Part shown: positions 58,905-64,000 of the stretch, piece by piece
How the letters are laid out: each line of letters begins with the position of its first letter
Position numbering within the stretch: position 1 is the first letter of the stretch
DNA from: the human T2T-CHM13v2.0 reference genome, Homo sapiens
Assembly: GCF_009914755.1 (NCBI RefSeq)
Contig: NC_060930.1
Length of the DNA: 64,000 nucleotides
Strand: one strand, 5' to 3'
Notes under the pieces: model-generated
Databases searched by the model: none
What the model was told of the DNA's origin: nothing
The model's input: the letters and a program-made list of their open reading frames with translations, nothing else
Translations under genes and position numbers: made by a program

Positions 58905-59514
58905 ATGAAAAGGGAGTGGAGTCAGACAAAGGTGTGGACACTGTGGTGCCCACACAAATGTACTGATTTGCACCATGCTCTGAACTACAAAAATAAGATT
59001 TCTTTCCTGTCCTGTCAGCCACTAAACACATGCATAAGGGGCTTCACAACTGTTTATTTTTAATTATTATTATTATTGCTGCTGGTGTTGTTGTTGATAT
59101 GGTAACAGACTCTAAACATACCTGTTTTCCACACACCTCCAATGCTACTAATGCCTGCCATTAGGATTCAGAGCTGCTGCTTTCATGTTTCATTATAAAA
59201 TGACAGTGGAGACAGCATGGATATCATACAGTGCAAGTCCACTTTCCCATGCTCATGGGAAGCAGGAGGCAGCAAAGCTCTGCCTGTCCAAGGACCATAT
59301 CCTTGTCTTTTTCTTCCTCCATGGATTCTCAGCAGGTCCCTGTGCTTCACATTTTCAGATTAGAATAAAACTGTAAGCTGCTGTCTGTTTTAAAATAAGA
59401 ACTACTCAAGGGCAGTGAACAAAGCTGTTGAGTAAGTGCTATATGCCAGAAGTTTTACTATTCTCATTTAACCCTAGCAACAAAACTACATGTTGTTGTT
59501 GATGTGATTATTAT

Positions 59515-59782
59515 TGAGAGAGAGTCTCTCTGGGTCACCCAGACTGGAGCAATCATGGCCCACTGCAATCTCCCAGGCTCAGGCAATCCTCCTACCTCAG
59601 CCTCCCAAGTAGCTGGGACTACAGGCACGAGCCACCACTCCTGGATAATTTTTTGTATTTTTAGTAGAGACGGGGTTTTGCCATATTACCCAGGCTGGTC
59701 TCAAACTCCAGGACTCTGGCAATCTGCCCCCCCAGGCCTCCCAAAGTGCTGGGATTATAGGCATGAGCCACCGTGCCCAGCC
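59515..59782 (-). mobile_element. AluJ/S inserted in a MIR (~59430-59930)
   Basis: Reverse Alu; MIR core resumes at tttacagatgggcaaacagaggttc. Confidence 0.85.
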
Positions 59783-62700
59783 CATGTTATGTTTTATTAC
59801 CATTAGTTTACAGATGGGCAAACAGAGGTTCGGAAAAGTTAAGTAGATTGTACCATATCACATTTGCTAATAAGTAGTAAAAACAGAATCCAGATCAAAA
59901 TCTATCTAATGACAGACTATATATTTTGCACTGTATGTCATTTCTAGAGCCTGCTGTTATTTCTGTTGGGTGTGGTAGCAAAGCATATGGATTAAAATAC
60001 TCCCTTACGAGTCAAACAAGATCTAGGTTTAAAAGCTAGTTTCATCACTTTCCATTAGCATGATTTTAGCCTACTCATCTGTACAATGGGGATAAGAGCA
60101 ATATCTAGTCATGGAGTAATTCTGAGGATTAATTAAATAATGTCCCTAAAAACATGGCCCAGTGTGTTATGTAGTAAGCACGATAGCTGAGTGAGTCTAC
60201 TTGGAACAGCATATAACAGCATTTAACTTTCACTGCCAAGGGCATTCATTCTGACTTTTTTTAAAAAGCTCTTTTTTGCTCCTCTCTCTGTTTATAATGT
60301 CATAATTTCCCTTGGATGACTCTTTCTCTTCTGGAAAAGATAATTTCCTCATGAATAACAGTCCTGCAAGAACTTGGTGCCTTTCTAATCTTAGCTGTAG
60401 GGGAAGGGCATATTTGTAGACAGTGATGATAACTCTCCATCTTAATTTTCCATGGTGAAATTGTATGACCCTTTTCTTCAGCCAGACAACCAAAAACATA
60501 AAGGCTCTTAGCTATAGGTGTTAATCAAATATGTGTCAGACATCTTTAAAATATATTTCTCTAAAAAACATGGCTCCATCCTGAAAGCAAGGCATGGAAA
60601 GAACTCAATTTTTTAATTAGGAACATGCTTTGGGTGATACTTTTGATTGGCCAAGTTATTCTTTGCTAAATAATTTGGTAATCTTGAATGCAGTTGTATG
60701 TAATTTCACCTAATCCAGAGATTTTCAATTAGAGATTTCAAAATTCAGTCCCCAAAATGCCTCTCTTGTTGGGGGAACTGATACCCAGACATCAGTCATA
60801 CATAGAGATTTGGGGAAGGGAGAAGGCGGCTGCCAGATGTTCAGATGATGTGGGAGGCAAATAGGTCAAAAGACTGCCTGCAATTCTTTTGCTTTAAAGA
60901 GCCGGGACATCTCCTTTAAGAAGCTTCTGAGGTTTGTATGTTATATTCTAAAGAGCATGTCCTTCCTCACGCCTGTAAGTGGCAGATCTAAGTCCATAAT
61001 GTGTATGCTGAACAGATGTTTTATTTGTGTCCCACATGTTCCTGGTAGACTGCTAGGTGAGCCAGAGGTGAGGAAGAAAGATAAGAGAAAGGCATAAACT
61101 CTGCCTTTGGAGTTTATACTCCAGTCGAATTGAATTAGAATGACCTATCCTTATGCTGGGCTTGTAAGAGTTATCCCTCAAGAACAAAAAGTTGGTAGCA
61201 CTTACTATGAAGCCAAATGCATTTCGACTCTTGGATGATGAAGTGTGGCCATGAGAAATGAATGGGAAATTCATTCACTTGGATTTGAAGTCAGTTATCT
61301 GGACTTTTAGTACCAGTTTGTCTCTAATTTTGTAGGTCTTCTATTCAATCACTATTAAATCTAACTTTTAATTTCTTTGTTGATAAAGCCTAGATTAAAT
61401 CACCTTTAAGTCTCTTTCAGAAATATGTTTCTACAATTTTAAGTGGAGGTTATATGAATCAAGGCAACAAAACTGTCTTCAGGAACCACTCAGAGCTCTG
61501 CACTATGCCCGCTGGTGTGGAGGAGTGAATGAGGACTGAGTCATGGATCCTAAGGACAAGGGATTACTTTATATGGAGGAAACTAGATATGCATCCAGGA
61601 TGGATATGTGACTATGTGACAAAATGAGTTAATTATCAAGCAGGTCCAAGAAAGGTAAGATAAACGTGCCTGTGTATATTTATTAATTTTACTGTCTAAA
61701 GCACTGGAAAAAAGGCAAAAGACCTGCCAGACCAGACTGACAACTTCTTCTCCCTGATCTGAACCCCTATTTGCTATTATTTTCATCTGTATATAGGCAT
61801 CTCACATACACACACACACACACACTGCGTTGTATGTAATGCACTTTGTTATATTAACTTACATTCTAGATGCACTAGGAGAACTGATGCATTCGTCAAG
61901 GTTCTTCAGTTTCAAGCAATGTAAACAGACTCTGGATAATGTAAGTGAAAAGGGAGTTCGTTGAGAGTTGCTGGGTGAGATCACAGAGTGAAGGGAAAGC
62001 ACTAGAACCAGCATAAGAAAGTTCAGGAAGCAGCTAGCTCCAGGGGTTTCAGTGGCAACAGAACTCTGTTGCTTTTATCAGTCAGTGAGCCATCAGAAGT
62101 AGAAGGCATGCCATTCCAACCATCTTTTCTGACTTTAGGCTCAAGATTCAAAATCCTGGAAGAGAAAAATCCTGATTCGCTTAGCTTTGGCTTTATGCTG
62201 ACCTTTTGACCAGTTGAGGGAAGACTCCTTGGTTTTCGGTACTCTAAGACTGCACACAACGGGAGGCGGTAGGAAACTGGGAGATGTAAATTGATGCTCC
62301 AGAGGAAAGACAGCATGGATGCTGAATAGTCAACACCAAAAACATCCATTATAGCTAGCTATTGTCAAAAAGCCTGAATTTTTCTTGAAGAGCAATTAAC
62401 TATCCTTGAAGTTTTCTTAAAGGCTGAGTTTGGGTTAATTTCTATTAATTAAAATTAATATTTAAAAAACATATCTGTGATTTTTTAAAGATTATTTTGG
62501 GAGATAAAATAGATGTTCCAGGAATATATAGCATGTTTATTCTTTGGCTATAAGTAACCTCTGACACATCCTTTGAAACTCCAGGAAACAATTATAGCTG
62601 TCTAGAGGAAGGCAAAGTTGGAAAGAGCTGTTGATAGTGTCAGGGAGACCAGATTTGTATCTTCATTATGTACTACATGTACAATTTTAGACAAACACTT

Positions 62701-63469
62701 TGACTTCTCTGTGTCTCAAATTCCTAAACTATAAAGTGGAAATAATCTGTAACGAGTGCCCAATGAATGGAAAACAACTTAGAACAGTGCCTGGAACACA
62801 GAGAATGTTAATTGTGGTGTTGTGATTGAATAGATTTGCTATGCAGGTCACAGGACATATGTAAAATGGAATTTTTTACTTTCTAAGGGACTCAAAAAGA
62901 ATTCTCAGACCAGATGAAAAACTTACCTGTTTTAAAATGCTCCATAAAAATCAGATGTTATCATTATGTCCTATTCTTCTTAGGTTGAATTTGCCACTTG
63001 AGCCAGGAAATTTTCTCATGATTCCTAATTATTTCTGCTAAAAAAAACTTTCTTAATGATAGCACCTTTGCCTGTAAATTTATACTTCTTTCCCCCTTTT
63101 TTATATGTATTCAATTCCTGTCTTCCATTAATGTCCATCTCATTCCCCTTCTTCTCCATGATGCTTTTCTCAGCCCTGCATAAGGGTTTCTCTTTTCTAA
63201 GAATTCCTGCATTATATTTGCATAGATCACTCATTTTGTCACCTACTTATCCATTATTTTGAAATGTTATTGTTACTTGCTGCTTTATGCATCTGGGACT
63301 TGGCTGTAAAATTGTAAAAACCAATATTTGGTACTTAATATGTGCCAGGCCCAGTGCCAGATACTTCAAAGATTTCAGGGATGAGCAATATGGGTCCAGA
63401 CCTCAAGAAATTTGTAGTCAGGTAGGAAAATGAGGATGAGCACAGTAGAAAGAAGAGAAGGCTTTTGAA

Positions 63470-63830
63470 TGTCTGAATCAGTTTGGGCTGCTCTGACAAA
63501 GTGCCATAGACGGTGGCTTATAAAAAACAGAATTCATTTCTCAGAGTTCTGGAGACTGGAATCCAAAACGAGGGTGCCTGCCTGGTTGGGTTCTGGTGAG
63601 GATCCTCTTCCAGGTTGCAGATGACTGTCTTCTGGTTGTATCCTCACATGGCAGAAAGAGGGTGACAGAGCTCTCTGGGGTCTGTTTTATAAGGGCACTG
63701 ATCTCATTCACCAGCTCTGCATGCTTATGAACTAATTATCTCCCAAAGGCCCCACCTCATAATACCATCACATTGGGGGTTAAGATTTCAACTTATGAAT
63801 TTGGGGACAGGACACAAACATTCATTCATC
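63470..63830 (-). mobile_element. MLT1A/MSTD-type LTR
   Basis: tgtctgaatcagtttgggctgct...ataccatcacattgggggttaagatttcaac...gacacaaacattca. Confidence 0.85.
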
Positions 63831-64000
63831 CAGTGGAGAAATTAGGATTTGAGAATTATCTTCCTCATCAAGAAATAATGGTGAAGGCTGGGTAAGGACC
63901 AGGCAAGCAGGAAGGCCTTTCCAGTCAGAAAGAAGAAAGCACACAGGAGAACCACATCATTCATCTCTTTCTAGCCTTCCACAGAACATGGCCTATGCTA

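Overview
Primate, almost certainly human, AT-rich genomic DNA. The only protein-coding sequence I can support is the last coding exon of VTA1 (LIP5, ESCRT/VPS4 cofactor, C-terminal VSL domain; 4533-4678, + strand), with its last intron upstream and a long 3' UTR carrying several AATAAA signals. The rest is intergenic and dense in Alu, L1, L2/MIR, MaLR/ERV LTR and hAT/mariner fossils. The supplied ORFs are repeat-derived or spurious. Main observations: (1) a pre-tRNA-Gly(GCC) copy fused to a full-length Alu inside one target-site duplication (43796-44201), with a second Alu reusing the same site; (2) an unexplained ~140-bp CpG-retaining, self-complementary insert that truncates an MLT1 LTR (10378-10531); (3) a nested, multiply inverted L1/Alu/L1 complex (13681-19200); (4) several perfect inverted-repeat scars and a ~145-bp local duplication that look like template-switch or repair products. 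Repeat subfamily names come from recalled consensus sequences, not a database search, so they are tentative.
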